Below, piece after piece: positions 27,386-37,331 of a stretch of DNA of 64,000 nucleotides. Source of the stretch: an uncultured Poribacteria bacterium (GTDB lineage: Bacteria > Poribacteria > WGA-4E > WGA-3G); NCBI GenBank assembly GCA_958295855.1, contig OY282383.1:4958329-5022328 (forward strand), written 5' to 3'. Under the pieces are notes generated by a model. The model was not told where the DNA came from. It saw only the letters and a program-made list of their open reading frames with translations, and searched no databases. The first letter of the stretch is position 1. Every line of letters begins with the position of its first letter. Position numbers and translations under genes: made by a program.

Positions 27386-28195
27386 ATGTCCATCAATACC
27401 ATAGAACAAGACTTTATTAATAAAGTTTCGGCAAAGGTTAGGCTTTCAGCCGATGGCAAAGAACGTTTCCGCGTATTAACTCCCTTCCAGTTTGAAGACG
27501 GAGATCAGTTGGTCATCGTCCTGAAAAAGGTGGGCGATCGGTGGATACTTTCCGACGAAGCACATACTTATATGCACCTCACCTACGAAATTGATGAGAA
27601 ACTTCTTCATAGCGGTACACGCAAGAAGATTATCGCGAAGGCACTCTCCATGTTTGATGTTGATGACCGCGATGGAGAATTAATACTTGATGTGTCCGAT
27701 GGAAATTACGGTGACGCACTGTATGATTTTACCCAAGCACTTCTCAAGATAACTGACGTGTCATACCTGTCAAGAGAACGCGTGCAATCTACATTTATGG
27801 AGGATTTTCGAGCCCTATTGTGTGAAGTTGTCCCGGAGGAGCGGATGCGTTTCGACTGGAGCGACTCAGAGCGAGATGCGGAAAGAAACTACATAGTAGA
27901 TTGTCGAATTAACGGAATGCCGGATCCGCTTTTCGTGTATGCACTCGCTAATAATGATAGGATTCGTGATGCCACGATTGCGCTGCACCAGTTCAAGGAG
28001 TGGGATATCCCGTTCCGTTCTCTGGGCATCTTCAAGAATCGGGGGGCTACCAGTCGCAAGGTACAGGCACGCTTCAGCGATGTGTGCCAGAAGCAATTCC
28101 CCAGCCTCAGCCTAAACGATGCCAGCATCAGAGCATATCTCGTTGATAACATCGGCAGCATTGAGGAGGCGGAAACGAGTTGGCGGATTCAATAA
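27386..28195 (+). CDS. hypothetical protein (possibly DUF1828/DUF1829-like), 10 nt downstream of Uma2 gene
   Basis: Strong coding ORF with no motif I can name. Tight spacing suggests an operon with the Uma2 gene. Confidence 0.4.
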   Translation: MSINTIEQDFINKVSAKVRLSADGKERFRVLTPFQFEDGDQLVIVLKKVGDRWILSDEAHTYMHLTYEIDEKLLHSGTRKKIIAKALSMFDVDDRDGELILDVSDGNYGDALYDFTQALLKITDVSYLSRERVQSTFMEDFRALLCEVVPEERMRFDWSDSERDAERNYIVDCRINGMPDPLFVYALANNDRIRDATIALHQFKEWDIPFRSLGIFKNRGATSRKVQARFSDVCQKQFPSLSLNDASIRAYLVDNIGSIEEAETSWRIQ

Positions 28196-28326
28196 TTTGC
28201 GGGTGATGTTTGATTATCGGTTTTCGGGGCTTGGCAGCGGGTGTCTTGTTTCCAAAGCGGAAGTTCCTGACTATCTGATTTGACAGGACAGGTGCGGCGG
28301 GTTAAACCGGAGGTTACAACGCAACA

Positions 28327-29865
28327 ATGAGCGTGATTCGTATTTTCATCAGCAGTGTACAAAGAGAATTCGCACGGGAACGTGAGGTACTACGCGACTA
28401 TCTGCACGGAGATCCGTTGATGCGGCGGTTTTTTGATGTCTTTCTGTTCGAGGATGTCCCAGCGTCGGATCGCCGGCCCGATGCCCTCTATCTGGACGAG
28501 GTCGAGCAATCCGATCTCTACGTGGGGTTGTTCGGCAACGACTACGGAACCGAGGATGAGGACGGAATATCACCGACAGATCGGGAGTTTGAACAAGCAA
28601 CCGCTTCTGGCGTACATCGTCTGATCTTCGTGAAGGGTACGAACGACAGCGTCCGGCATCCGAAGATGACAACCCTGATCAGTAAGGCACAGACCGGACT
28701 GATTCGGAAACGTTTCAACACGCCGGAAGAACTGGTGGCGGGGCTCTATGCGGCGTTAGTCGAGTACCTGGATAGCAAAGATCTCGTTCGTTCTGAGCCC
28801 TTTGACGTGGCACCGTGTACGAAGGCGGCGTTAACCGATCTTGACTCCGGACAAATGGGATGGTTTATCCGCACGGCACGCAGCACTAGGGCGTTCCCGC
28901 TGACTGAAGGGGCATCAGCCGAGGAACTACTCGTACATCTCAACCTCCGAAACGACGGCCGACCGACGAACGCGGCGGTGCTACTGTTCGGGAAGGCACC
29001 ACAGCGCTTTCTGATCTCTTCCGAGGTTAAGTGTGCCCACTTCCACGGAACAGAGGTAGCCAAGCCGATACCGTCCTATCACGTCTACAAAGGCACGGCG
29101 TTTCAACTCGTAGATCAGGCAGTAGACTTCGTACTCAGCAAAATCGCGCTGGCGGTGGGGACGCGGGCGAAAAGCATTCAGGTACCGGTCACCTATGAGA
29201 TTCCAAAAGAAGTGGTGACTGAAGCGATTGTCAATGCCGTAGCCCATCGGGACTACACCAGCAACGCCAGCATACAGGTGATGCTCTTCGCTGACCGGCT
29301 TGAAGTCTGGAATCCCGGCCGACTGCCACCGCCGCTGACGCTAGAGCAATTGCGAGTCGCGCACCCGTCTGTGCCCAGCAACCCTTTGCTTGCCGAATCC
29401 TTATACCTTGCCGCGTACATTGAGCGAATGGGAACAGGAACGTTAGACATGATCCGCCGATGCATCGACGCTGGTTTGCCAGAACCGGAATTCACCGCTA
29501 GCAGTGGATTCATGACAACCCTTCGGCGTGCCACCCCGGCGGCGCAAATGACGGTGCAGCCAGAGTCACAGCCAGAGTCACAGCCAGAGTCACAGCCAGA
29601 GTCGCAGCCAGAGTCGCAGCCAGAGCCACGCCCTGGAGCTCTCAAATCAAGAGTACTCAGCCTGCTGGCAAACGAGCCGATGCAAAAAGCCGAATTGTCC
29701 AGGAACTTGGGACAAAAGGCAGTTTCCGGGCAACTCAACAAAGTTGTCCGGATGCTCCTCGCAGATGAGATGATCGAATACACGCGCCTGAACAAACCCA
29801 ATAGTCGACTACAGAAGTACCGCTTGACGAACAAGGGAAGGGCCTCCCTGATGCATCTGAGATGA
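28327..29865 (+). CDS. DUF4062 + AlbA_2/Schlafen-like + HATPase_c_4 + C-terminal wHTH protein
   Basis: N-terminus IFISSVQREF…LYVGLFGNDYG…HRLIFVKG (DUF4062-like Rossmann). Middle and C-terminal regions match the 'RecG-like putative DNA-binding/ATPase' architecture. (QPES)6 linker. Terminal wHTH. Confidence 0.55.
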   Translation: MSVIRIFISSVQREFAREREVLRDYLHGDPLMRRFFDVFLFEDVPASDRRPDALYLDEVEQSDLYVGLFGNDYGTEDEDGISPTDREFEQATASGVHRLIFVKGTNDSVRHPKMTTLISKAQTGLIRKRFNTPEELVAGLYAALVEYLDSKDLVRSEPFDVAPCTKAALTDLDSGQMGWFIRTARSTRAFPLTEGASAEELLVHLNLRNDGRPTNAAVLLFGKAPQRFLISSEVKCAHFHGTEVAKPIPSYHVYKGTAFQLVDQAVDFVLSKIALAVGTRAKSIQVPVTYEIPKEVVTEAIVNAVAHRDYTSNASIQVMLFADRLEVWNPGRLPPPLTLEQLRVAHPSVPSNPLLAESLYLAAYIERMGTGTLDMIRRCIDAGLPEPEFTASSGFMTTLRRATPAAQMTVQPESQPESQPESQPESQPESQPEPRPGALKSRVLSLLANEPMQKAELSRNLGQKAVSGQLNKVVRMLLADEMIEYTRLNKPNSRLQKYRLTNKGRASLMHLR

Positions 29866-29911
29866 CTTGGCAACAGCAACGTTGAGGGACCGGAAAAAAG
29901 GATTGTAATTC

Positions 29912-31486
29912 ATGATTGAAAGACGGTTAAGAGAACTCTGGGAAAATTTGCAAAGCAAAAAACCGCATCTACCCCATTTTCTCTCGGAGATTTACTTAGA
30001 CGGTATTCGTGGACTTCATAACTTGCGGGTGTTGTTTGACTATCCTGTGAGTGTTATTGCAGGCGGAAATGCTACCGGAAAGTCAACGGTGCTTTTTGCA
30101 GCTGCCTGCGCCTATAAGGTGCCAGGAGCAGGGGTTAAGGACTTCGTGCCCTCCACACTGTTTCCAGATTTTCGCCCTAAATTCGGTGAGCGCCAGGATA
30201 TTCAGCAAAACATCACTATGGAATTCAATTATCAGACTCGAGACGGTATGCGTTCCATGCGATGGCGACGATCCAAGGGGTGGAACCGTAGTTTTTTCGG
30301 CCGCAAAAACGCGAGCCAGCCGGAGCGGCAGATCTATCTTAGAACACTCAGCAACCTAAGTAACCCTTCTGAGGTGCGCGGTGTTCTCAGCATGTCGCGC
30401 CTAAAATCTGAACTGCAAGAAATACCCATGACACCATCACAGATTGAGTTCGTACATCAAATGCTCCCCTTCAGGTACTCGGAGGTCGTCGATCTGTCTA
30501 GCGGTAACAAAAATCTTCTCTTTGCTGCCCAGGAAGGCGGGGCCACTTACTCCGAACTGCACATGGCTGCTGGTGAGCGCGCCCTATTGCGGTTGTCACA
30601 AGAGATCACGCAACTTGATGGCGCGCTCGTTCTGATTGATGAAGTGGAAGCAGGTTTGCACCCTTGGGTACAGCAACTTCTCATGTTACATTTACAGCAA
30701 CTGGCACTGCGCAACGACCTCCAAATCATCGTAACCTCCCACAGCCCGGTCGTCCTTGACTCAGTCTCTGCCCGCGGGCGTATTTTTCTTGACCGGGACG
30801 AAGCATCAGGCAAGGTTGTTGTCCGCCCACCCTATCGCGATGTAATTCAGAATGCCCTCTATGGACGCTCCAGTGAAGTGCTTAAACTGCTCTGTGAAGA
30901 CGAGATCGCTGAAGGTATTTTAAAAGGTGTGTTGGATTTGCTGTTATCCAGAGAAAGAATTAAGTGGGAATCTGTCCATATCGGGCGCGACACGGGAGCG
31001 AGTGAATTTCCTATGCACGCTCGTGCTTTAGAAAAATTTGGTCAGCTTCAAAACACCATCTTCATTCTCGACGGTGACCAGCGTGATGGTGAAATCGCAC
31101 ACAAAATACAGGCAACTGTAAGACATAGTGTCAGCATCCCAGTATTGTTCCTGCCCGGTAGCGGGGCACCGGAAAGTTGGGCCTGGGAAAAACTGCAACA
31201 AATTTCTGACGCTGATGCAGAGCAATTGGGCACCAATCTTGGCGTTCTGTCCAACTTAATGGATCAATTGGATGCTACTTATGCCTCAGTGTCCGACTCA
31301 CCAGAAACAGCGAAAATTAAATTTCGTACCCTATCCGAACACTTAAGTAGAGAGGCACCGGAGGTCTGCCGAATCCTCGCACGGTTAGAGGCTGAACGAA
31401 AAGAGAGTGACCTCCGGCCTTTCGTGGAAAAATTGCTGCAAATTTTGTTGCAGTGGCGGGGTAATCCGAAGGGAACAGTGGTATGA
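29912..31486 (+). CDS. OLD-family-like protein: ABC/AAA_21-type ATPase with C-terminal Toprim-like nuclease motifs
   Basis: Walker A GGNATGKST, Walker B LVLIDEVEAGLHP, IIVTSHSP. C-terminal LLCEDEIAEG and FILDGDQRDGE resemble the Toprim E and DxD motifs. 46 nt after the preceding gene. Confidence 0.55.
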   Translation: MIERRLRELWENLQSKKPHLPHFLSEIYLDGIRGLHNLRVLFDYPVSVIAGGNATGKSTVLFAAACAYKVPGAGVKDFVPSTLFPDFRPKFGERQDIQQNITMEFNYQTRDGMRSMRWRRSKGWNRSFFGRKNASQPERQIYLRTLSNLSNPSEVRGVLSMSRLKSELQEIPMTPSQIEFVHQMLPFRYSEVVDLSSGNKNLLFAAQEGGATYSELHMAAGERALLRLSQEITQLDGALVLIDEVEAGLHPWVQQLLMLHLQQLALRNDLQIIVTSHSPVVLDSVSARGRIFLDRDEASGKVVVRPPYRDVIQNALYGRSSEVLKLLCEDEIAEGILKGVLDLLLSRERIKWESVHIGRDTGASEFPMHARALEKFGQLQNTIFILDGDQRDGEIAHKIQATVRHSVSIPVLFLPGSGAPESWAWEKLQQISDADAEQLGTNLGVLSNLMDQLDATYASVSDSPETAKIKFRTLSEHLSREAPEVCRILARLEAERKESDLRPFVEKLLQILLQWRGNPKGTVV

Positions 31487-31610
31487 GCACCGGTGGCGAA
31501 AAGGAGAAACGCACACAGGAGCGCGTCCTCAATTGGCGGTATTGAATGACGCGCAAGCAGCGGTGCCGGGCAGCCATTCCGCCCTACAACCCACAAAACT
31601 CCTACCATAC

Positions 31611-32390
31611 CTACCATTTCTCTTTTTCTTTCTCCTCCCCCTTGTTAAGGAACGGACTGAGCAGATCGATCGGGATGGGGAAGACAACGGTTGAGTTCTT
31701 CTCCGCGCTGACTTCTACCAAAGCTTGAAGAAATCGGAGTTGCACGGCAGTCGGGGTTTTACTCAGAATTTCAGCGGCATCCGTTAAAACCGCGGCGGAC
31801 TCGAACTCTCCCTCGGCGTGTGTGACTTTGGCGCGACGTTCGCGTTCCGCTTCTGCCTGTTTCGCCATGGCGCGTTGCATTTCAGCAGGCAGATCTACGT
31901 GCTTGATTTCCATCGCCAGCACTCCAATTCCCCAGTGTTCACAATGTTTTTTGATAATTTCCTCAAGGTCCTGATTGAGTTTTTCGCGTTCCGAGAGCAG
32001 ATCATCTAGCTCAGCGCGTCCGAGGACACTGCGGAGCGTGGTTTGCGCAATTTGGGAAATAGCAAAGCCGAAGTCTTCGACCTCAATCACCGCCTTATCT
32101 GGTTCAGTCACCCTAAAGGTGAGCACTGCGTTGACGCTCACGGAGACGTTGTCTTTTGTGATTACATCTTGGGGGGTGACATCGTTGACGATGACGCGGA
32201 GGCTGATACGTTGCATCCGTTCGATCCAGAAGGGTATCAGGAAGACGAGGCCGGGACCGCGGGTGCCGGTTAAGCGGCCCAGGCGGAAGATGACAGCGCG
32301 TTCGTACTCTTTGAGGATGCGTATACTTGTCGCAAGCAGAATGATAATTACAATCGCAATCGCGAAATAGGTTGGTTGAATTTCTGGCAT
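31611..32390 (-). CDS. SPFH/band-7 (stomatin/HflC-like) membrane protein
   Basis: N-terminal TM helix. Full-length stomatin-like core ([10 protein letters not shown]…, coiled-coil [10 protein letters not shown]). Confidence 0.85.
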   Translation of the reverse strand: MPEIQPTYFAIAIVIIILLATSIRILKEYERAVIFRLGRLTGTRGPGLVFLIPFWIERMQRISLRVIVNDVTPQDVITKDNVSVSVNAVLTFRVTEPDKAVIEVEDFGFAISQIAQTTLRSVLGRAELDDLLSEREKLNQDLEEIIKKHCEHWGIGVLAMEIKHVDLPAEMQRAMAKQAEAERERRAKVTHAEGEFESAAVLTDAAEILSKTPTAVQLRFLQALVEVSAEKNSTVVFPIPIDLLSPFLNKGEEKEKEKW

Positions 32391-32454
32391 TTTCGATATT
32401 CCTTTCTTATTTCAAATGAATAGGGGTGTCTGATGCTGTGAATGGTAAAAATGA

Positions 32455-33501
32455 CTAAGAGGTTTCGCCGACGATCTCACGGATTTTTCCAAAGAACGCG
32501 CGTTTTCGCGGGGTGTTGATTTGCCATTGCACAGGTACGGATTGATAGCCGTTAAAATAATCGTTTTCACCAGGGTCGAAGTAGCCCCATGAGGCGTATT
32601 GGCTGACAGCGGCAACACAGTTGTTTTCAGGTTTATCAAAATCGAAATGGTCATCTTCGTTGAAAAGAATGGGCATGGGCCGGTACCCGGGCACCTCGCG
32701 CGTCTGTTGCACCATTTCAACGATGCGATTCGGATCGCTGACACCGTTGCCGTGGACGAGCAGGAAATCGGAGGCGCGGACAACATTTTCAAACGGCACC
32801 CTACCGCCGCCATAACTGGTTCCGGCGAGTAATCTTCTACCGTCGCGCGCTGTGGAAACCTTGACACGTTCAATAAGTTCATGAACCCGTTCTGGCTGTA
32901 AAATCTCATGGGTGTACCTGACATTGCATTCGTTGTTAACCTCGACGATGACGTTAGTATAGCCACGGTCAAAAAGCCACTGGGTTGCATTGTCCGTTGC
33001 GCGTGTGACAGCAGTTTCGTCAGTGAGCCTCCGGTCTTGTCCGAAGTAGAAGTAGCCCAAAATGACAACCATGCCGAGTTCGTCAGCGCGGTCGATAATC
33101 CTCGCCAGTCGAGACATGTAATCTGGGTTGAGGCTGCCATCGGCTTCGATGGCTGAGTTGTGCCACGGTTGTGCTTTCGAATATCCCTCAGGGCTCCCGC
33201 CTTGCAGGTTGATAGTGAATGCCAATACACCGTGTGCACGCCATTCCGGCATAGCGCACAGAAATTCGCGTGTATTTCGTTCTGCATCCCATTCACCTGT
33301 ATCTGGATATGTCCAGCGATGTACAGTGTCAGGGTTCCGGTCATCGAAGATGCCTTGCACCATGCGGGAGTTGAAAAGCAACCCCTCGATGTTATTGCCT
33401 TGGTAAAAACGTCCCGGATAGGTAATCTCTCCGTTGATGTAAAATGCATCGTCAACGATACTAACGGCTGTTTTCATGTTAAATTCCTTTCGTTTTGTCA
33501 A
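32455..33501 (-). CDS. glycoside hydrolase, GH5-like (TIM barrel)
   Basis: VIVEVNNECN (NE acid/base-like). Second acidic strand ILFNEDDHF. Weak family assignment. Confidence 0.45.
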   Translation of the reverse strand: MTKRKEFNMKTAVSIVDDAFYINGEITYPGRFYQGNNIEGLLFNSRMVQGIFDDRNPDTVHRWTYPDTGEWDAERNTREFLCAMPEWRAHGVLAFTINLQGGSPEGYSKAQPWHNSAIEADGSLNPDYMSRLARIIDRADELGMVVILGYFYFGQDRRLTDETAVTRATDNATQWLFDRGYTNVIVEVNNECNVRYTHEILQPERVHELIERVKVSTARDGRRLLAGTSYGGGRVPFENVVRASDFLLVHGNGVSDPNRIVEMVQQTREVPGYRPMPILFNEDDHFDFDKPENNCVAAVSQYASWGYFDPGENDYFNGYQSVPVQWQINTPRKRAFFGKIREIVGETS

Positions 33502-33556
33502 TAAAGGTTCTCATGCCCCAGCGTACTTCTGCTGCATTTGATGTGATGCTTTCAAT

Positions 33557-36500
33557 TTACTGCGTTTTCCGCGAAAGTGCCTTGAAATACTGCCGAAGCT
33601 GCTTCCGATACTGAAAGGGGATGTTTTCAAGCTCCTTTGCATCAGGCGTAGTTTCCAACTTCCGCACAATTTCTAGCAGTTCAGGATGCAGGGGTGGCAC
33701 TTCTTGTGCAGGACTTGACGGAAACCTTTTGGCTACCTGTGCTTTTCGTTGCTTACCGACATCCCGCTTCTGCAACGATTTTAAACTGTCGAGCATACGC
33801 GTCAGAATTTGTTCCTGTTTCTCAAGCACCTGTTCATTGAGTGCCCCTTGCCGGAGTGCTTCCTCAACCTCTGTCATTTCTTCGGCGACATTTTCGAGGC
33901 TTCCGAGCATCTCTGCCATCTGCTCTGCCATTTCTGAGAGCCGTTCTGTTGCCTCTCGGATGAGTTGCTGTTGGGCGGCGAGTTGTCTGAGCATTTGCTC
34001 AAGTCCGGGTGTTCTCCCTTGTTGGCGCATCTGCTGACTCAGATTTTGCGCCATCTCGTTCAGCTGTTCTTGGCTCTGAGCGAGTTGTTGCATTTGTTCC
34101 ATCATGTTTTCCAATCCGCTGGCACCCATCTGTTGGTTCATTTGTGCCATTGCATCAAGGAGCTCAAAGATTGCCTGGTTGAGGTCCGCGAGTGCTGCTT
34201 TTTGGATAGGCATAGCGAGGCTAGGTTGCCGATCTTCTAAGGCACGTGCTGCGCGAGATAGGGCATCGTTTGAGGCGTTGAGGTGCCACACAATAGTGGG
34301 ATCTACTTCCATCTGTCGCGTGCCTAACTCCCAAAGCTGCTCTGCGAGTTGGGTGATGCTCTCGGCTGTGCTGAGTTCATCTGCGGCGAGTTGTTGCAAT
34401 CTCTGAATTTCACTCGGAAGATAATTGTCAACCCCAGTGGTGAGGAGCTCGTTTGTTTGGCGTAGCACCTTTTCATGAAGGTGGGAGAGGTGAAGTCCAC
34501 TTTCAACAGCTTGCCGCATGGCAGTTAAGGTTTCATCGGCGTTCGCGCCTTCCATGAATTCCAAGGCGTTATCCAAGCCTTGTGCCAGTTCAGTTAGCGT
34601 CTGCTCCGCTTCTCTGCCCGCTTGGTGTGCCTGTTCGCTTTGTCCGCTTCGGAGGTGGGTACTGGTAGCTTGGAGGGTTTCAGGCAGTTTATGTTCCTGC
34701 GCGAATTGGTTGAGCCGCGTGACTTCATCAGCGAGGCGTTCTATTTGCGGTGGCGCGTTTTCTGCCTTTTCTGCCAACTGCCCCATTTCAGTACCAAGCG
34801 TCTCCAGTTTTTCGCTGAGCCGGTCGAATTCCTCCCCTACCCTGTCTTCCTTCTGCGCTAAGTCTTTCATCTCAGTTGCAGAGCGAGGAGAATGCGCCTC
34901 GCCATCCGCGTCTACAATATCATCCGTAGAATCGCTTTGCAAGTTTGCTAACGTATCCATCAGTTGTTTCTGTCTGGAAGCGAGCTCTTTTGCCTGTTTC
35001 ACTGCAGCTTCAAGTTCTTGTTGCAGCAGAAGTTGTTCATAGAGGGATTTGGCGCGTTCCAACTGCTGTAAAAACTGCTCTTGGTTCATATTCGCGGCTG
35101 TCATCGCTTTTTCCTGTTCAGTCAACTGCTGTTGTGCCAACGCTTCAGACAACTTCTGCAAAAGTGCCTTATGTTCCTCGGAAAGGGCTTTGTCCATCAA
35201 GTCTTGCAGTTCCTGGTACTTTTGGATAGTCTCGCTGTCAAAAAGTTCATTCTTTTCCATTTCCTTCGCTGTCTGCTTCATGTCTTCAACCAGTTGCTTG
35301 GCTGTCTGCTCAATCTGTTTCTGGGTTTCAAGCACTTGTTGCATGAGGTTTTCATCTTTGAGGGTGAGCTGTTGGCTCTTTCGGATCTTATCAAGGAGGG
35401 TATCAACTAAGCCGGTAGCATCCGCTTGCTCGTCAAAGAGTTCTTCAAACCCGCGCTGTTCTGTTTCCTGTTCGGCAGCGATAGCATCGTACAATTCGGA
35501 GAGCGACGGGAAACGGAGGGTGTATGTCTGCGATTTGCCGATATTGGGCCCTAATATGTTGTCCGTGTCTAATGCTTCGACATAGTAAGCGAGCGTCTCA
35601 CCTGGGAAAAGCCCAACGCGGTCGACATCCCACGTGTACGCTAAGAAAACAGAATTTTGGGTAACATCCCACTGCTTTAAAGGCACATTAACAAGCAAAG
35701 CACCTTCGGTTTCAACACGATATACTAATTGGAGTGCTTGGATGCCGTAGTCATCTGTCGCCTCTATCTTGAGCTCTACTAACATAGCATCGTCCAGCAC
35801 GCTGTCACGAGCGGGTTCAAGGATAACAACCTCAGGTGCAGTATCCTTGACAACATTGATAGTATAGTTCACCGGGTCGCGATTTGTGAAGCCTTCAACA
35901 TCGGTAAGGTGTATGCGATAGTTTTCGCTTCGTTGTGCGATAAAGGTGCCCTGTATCTGCGGTTCCTCTTTTCCTCCTACTGTAGGGGACACCGGTTCCT
36001 GTGCCTGTTCGCCTTCGAGGGGCCTGTTTACGAGTGCGAGAGAAACATCCTCAGATTCTTCAAACGCCAAGTACGCCTTCGCCAGCGGCTTGTTGCTTTC
36101 GCCAGTGAACACGACTTCCGTTCCGAAAAGCGTCTGTATATCCCCGGTGTTTGTCTCTAGCGTCTGTGCTGACAGTTGTGTGTAGGCAGGATAGTTGAGC
36201 CGGAGTTGGAACTCCTTGACAAGGGGTTCGTGTCTCACCGTTATCTGATAATGCGGCGATGCTACAGCTTTGGTAGCGACATAGTATTGTAAGGAACGGT
36301 TCACATTTTCGATCGTCGCGCGATAGGTATGGTAAGGGTTGGGTAACCCAACCCCTTCGCTGTGCATTGCCAGCGATTGCCATGGCCGGGTCCCCGTGCC
36401 CATCCTTGCGCCCTCCACTTCATTACCAATGCGATAGTAGAGGGCAATAGGCGAGCCAAGATGCCCGCTCACTTTTGCTGTTATGGTAACTGATGTCCCC

Positions 36501-37159
36501 CGCTCAATTTGGGCGTTGCCGGGGTAAACTTCCTCAATTTGTATTGTACCCTCTTGGGGTGTTTTAGGCAACGTCTGGAAGATTTGGGCAAAACCTATGG
36601 AGTTTTCGGCAGGAAACCAGAGGAAATTGGTGAATAGCAGCAGCCCCACAGCTGTTATAGCCAGTGCCGCATTCCGCTTGACTTTCATCCATTCGTTCTG
36701 AAAAACCTGCTTCGATTGGAGCCGTTCCATATCATGCCCGGTCTGCAGAATCAGTTGTCCAATAAATTCTGGGGCATACCCGAGCCGGTTATCCGCTAAC
36801 GTACCCCAGAGTTGCACAGCACTGAGGATTCGGTTTTCGGAGGCTTCTTCGCCCTCCGTATTTACGAACTCAAGATATGCCGCGACCTTAGCGTCTGTCA
36901 GTTTTCGGCACAGCGGCTGGATAATCGTCCGGATAGCAGTGTAGCCGCCGATGCCCAGGGATAAAAGGACAATTCCGAGGTGTATCCAGCGCGGCAAAGG
37001 GAGCTGAAAACTGACGAGACTTGCTGTCATGACGAGCCCGAGGATGCCGACAGACATCAGCAAACCTGCTGAGAAAATGAGCCATCGCCACGTTCGTCGA
37101 AAGGCGCGAAGCCGGGCAATAAGATATTGGTATGTCTGATTCACATGCTGTGTGTTCAT
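33557..37159 (-). CDS. large membrane-anchored protein with Ig-like region and about 700-aa coiled coil (DUF4175-like)
   Basis: Three N-terminal TM helices, beta-rich middle and extremely long Q/E/L heptad region. Opposite-strand ORFs are low-complexity shadows. Confidence 0.5.
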   Translation of the reverse strand: MNTQHVNQTYQYLIARLRAFRRTWRWLIFSAGLLMSVGILGLVMTASLVSFQLPLPRWIHLGIVLLSLGIGGYTAIRTIIQPLCRKLTDAKVAAYLEFVNTEGEEASENRILSAVQLWGTLADNRLGYAPEFIGQLILQTGHDMERLQSKQVFQNEWMKVKRNAALAITAVGLLLFTNFLWFPAENSIGFAQIFQTLPKTPQEGTIQIEEVYPGNAQIERGTSVTITAKVSGHLGSPIALYYRIGNEVEGARMGTGTRPWQSLAMHSEGVGLPNPYHTYRATIENVNRSLQYYVATKAVASPHYQITVRHEPLVKEFQLRLNYPAYTQLSAQTLETNTGDIQTLFGTEVVFTGESNKPLAKAYLAFEESEDVSLALVNRPLEGEQAQEPVSPTVGGKEEPQIQGTFIAQRSENYRIHLTDVEGFTNRDPVNYTINVVKDTAPEVVILEPARDSVLDDAMLVELKIEATDDYGIQALQLVYRVETEGALLVNVPLKQWDVTQNSVFLAYTWDVDRVGLFPGETLAYYVEALDTDNILGPNIGKSQTYTLRFPSLSELYDAIAAEQETEQRGFEELFDEQADATGLVDTLLDKIRKSQQLTLKDENLMQQVLETQKQIEQTAKQLVEDMKQTAKEMEKNELFDSETIQKYQELQDLMDKALSEEHKALLQKLSEALAQQQLTEQEKAMTAANMNQEQFLQQLERAKSLYEQLLLQQELEAAVKQAKELASRQKQLMDTLANLQSDSTDDIVDADGEAHSPRSATEMKDLAQKEDRVGEEFDRLSEKLETLGTEMGQLAEKAENAPPQIERLADEVTRLNQFAQEHKLPETLQATSTHLRSGQSEQAHQAGREAEQTLTELAQGLDNALEFMEGANADETLTAMRQAVESGLHLSHLHEKVLRQTNELLTTGVDNYLPSEIQRLQQLAADELSTAESITQLAEQLWELGTRQMEVDPTIVWHLNASNDALSRAARALEDRQPSLAMPIQKAALADLNQAIFELLDAMAQMNQQMGASGLENMMEQMQQLAQSQEQLNEMAQNLSQQMRQQGRTPGLEQMLRQLAAQQQLIREATERLSEMAEQMAEMLGSLENVAEEMTEVEEALRQGALNEQVLEKQEQILTRMLDSLKSLQKRDVGKQRKAQVAKRFPSSPAQEVPPLHPELLEIVRKLETTPDAKELENIPFQYRKQLRQYFKALSRKTQ

Positions 37160-37331
37160 TTGTACTCCTCCTCGTCTTGCTTTTTTTTAAACTGAATTCA
37201 TGGGGGATACGCTCTGTCACTCATCAGAAACCCGCTTTTGAGCAGCTTCTTCCCCCGCTTTGCGGGGAAAAAGCAATCAGCAATCGTTATTAACCCCTGC
37301 AAAGCAGGGGATAACTACCATCCGAGCTCGG

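Noticed and set aside
33621-35585. Multiple long ORFs on the + strand (e.g. 34518..35042, 35049..35585) opposite the 1200-aa coiled-coil gene
   Set aside because: These are low-complexity Ser/Cys/Ala-rich shadow ORFs caused by the biased codon usage of the Q/E/L-rich coiled-coil gene on the other strand.
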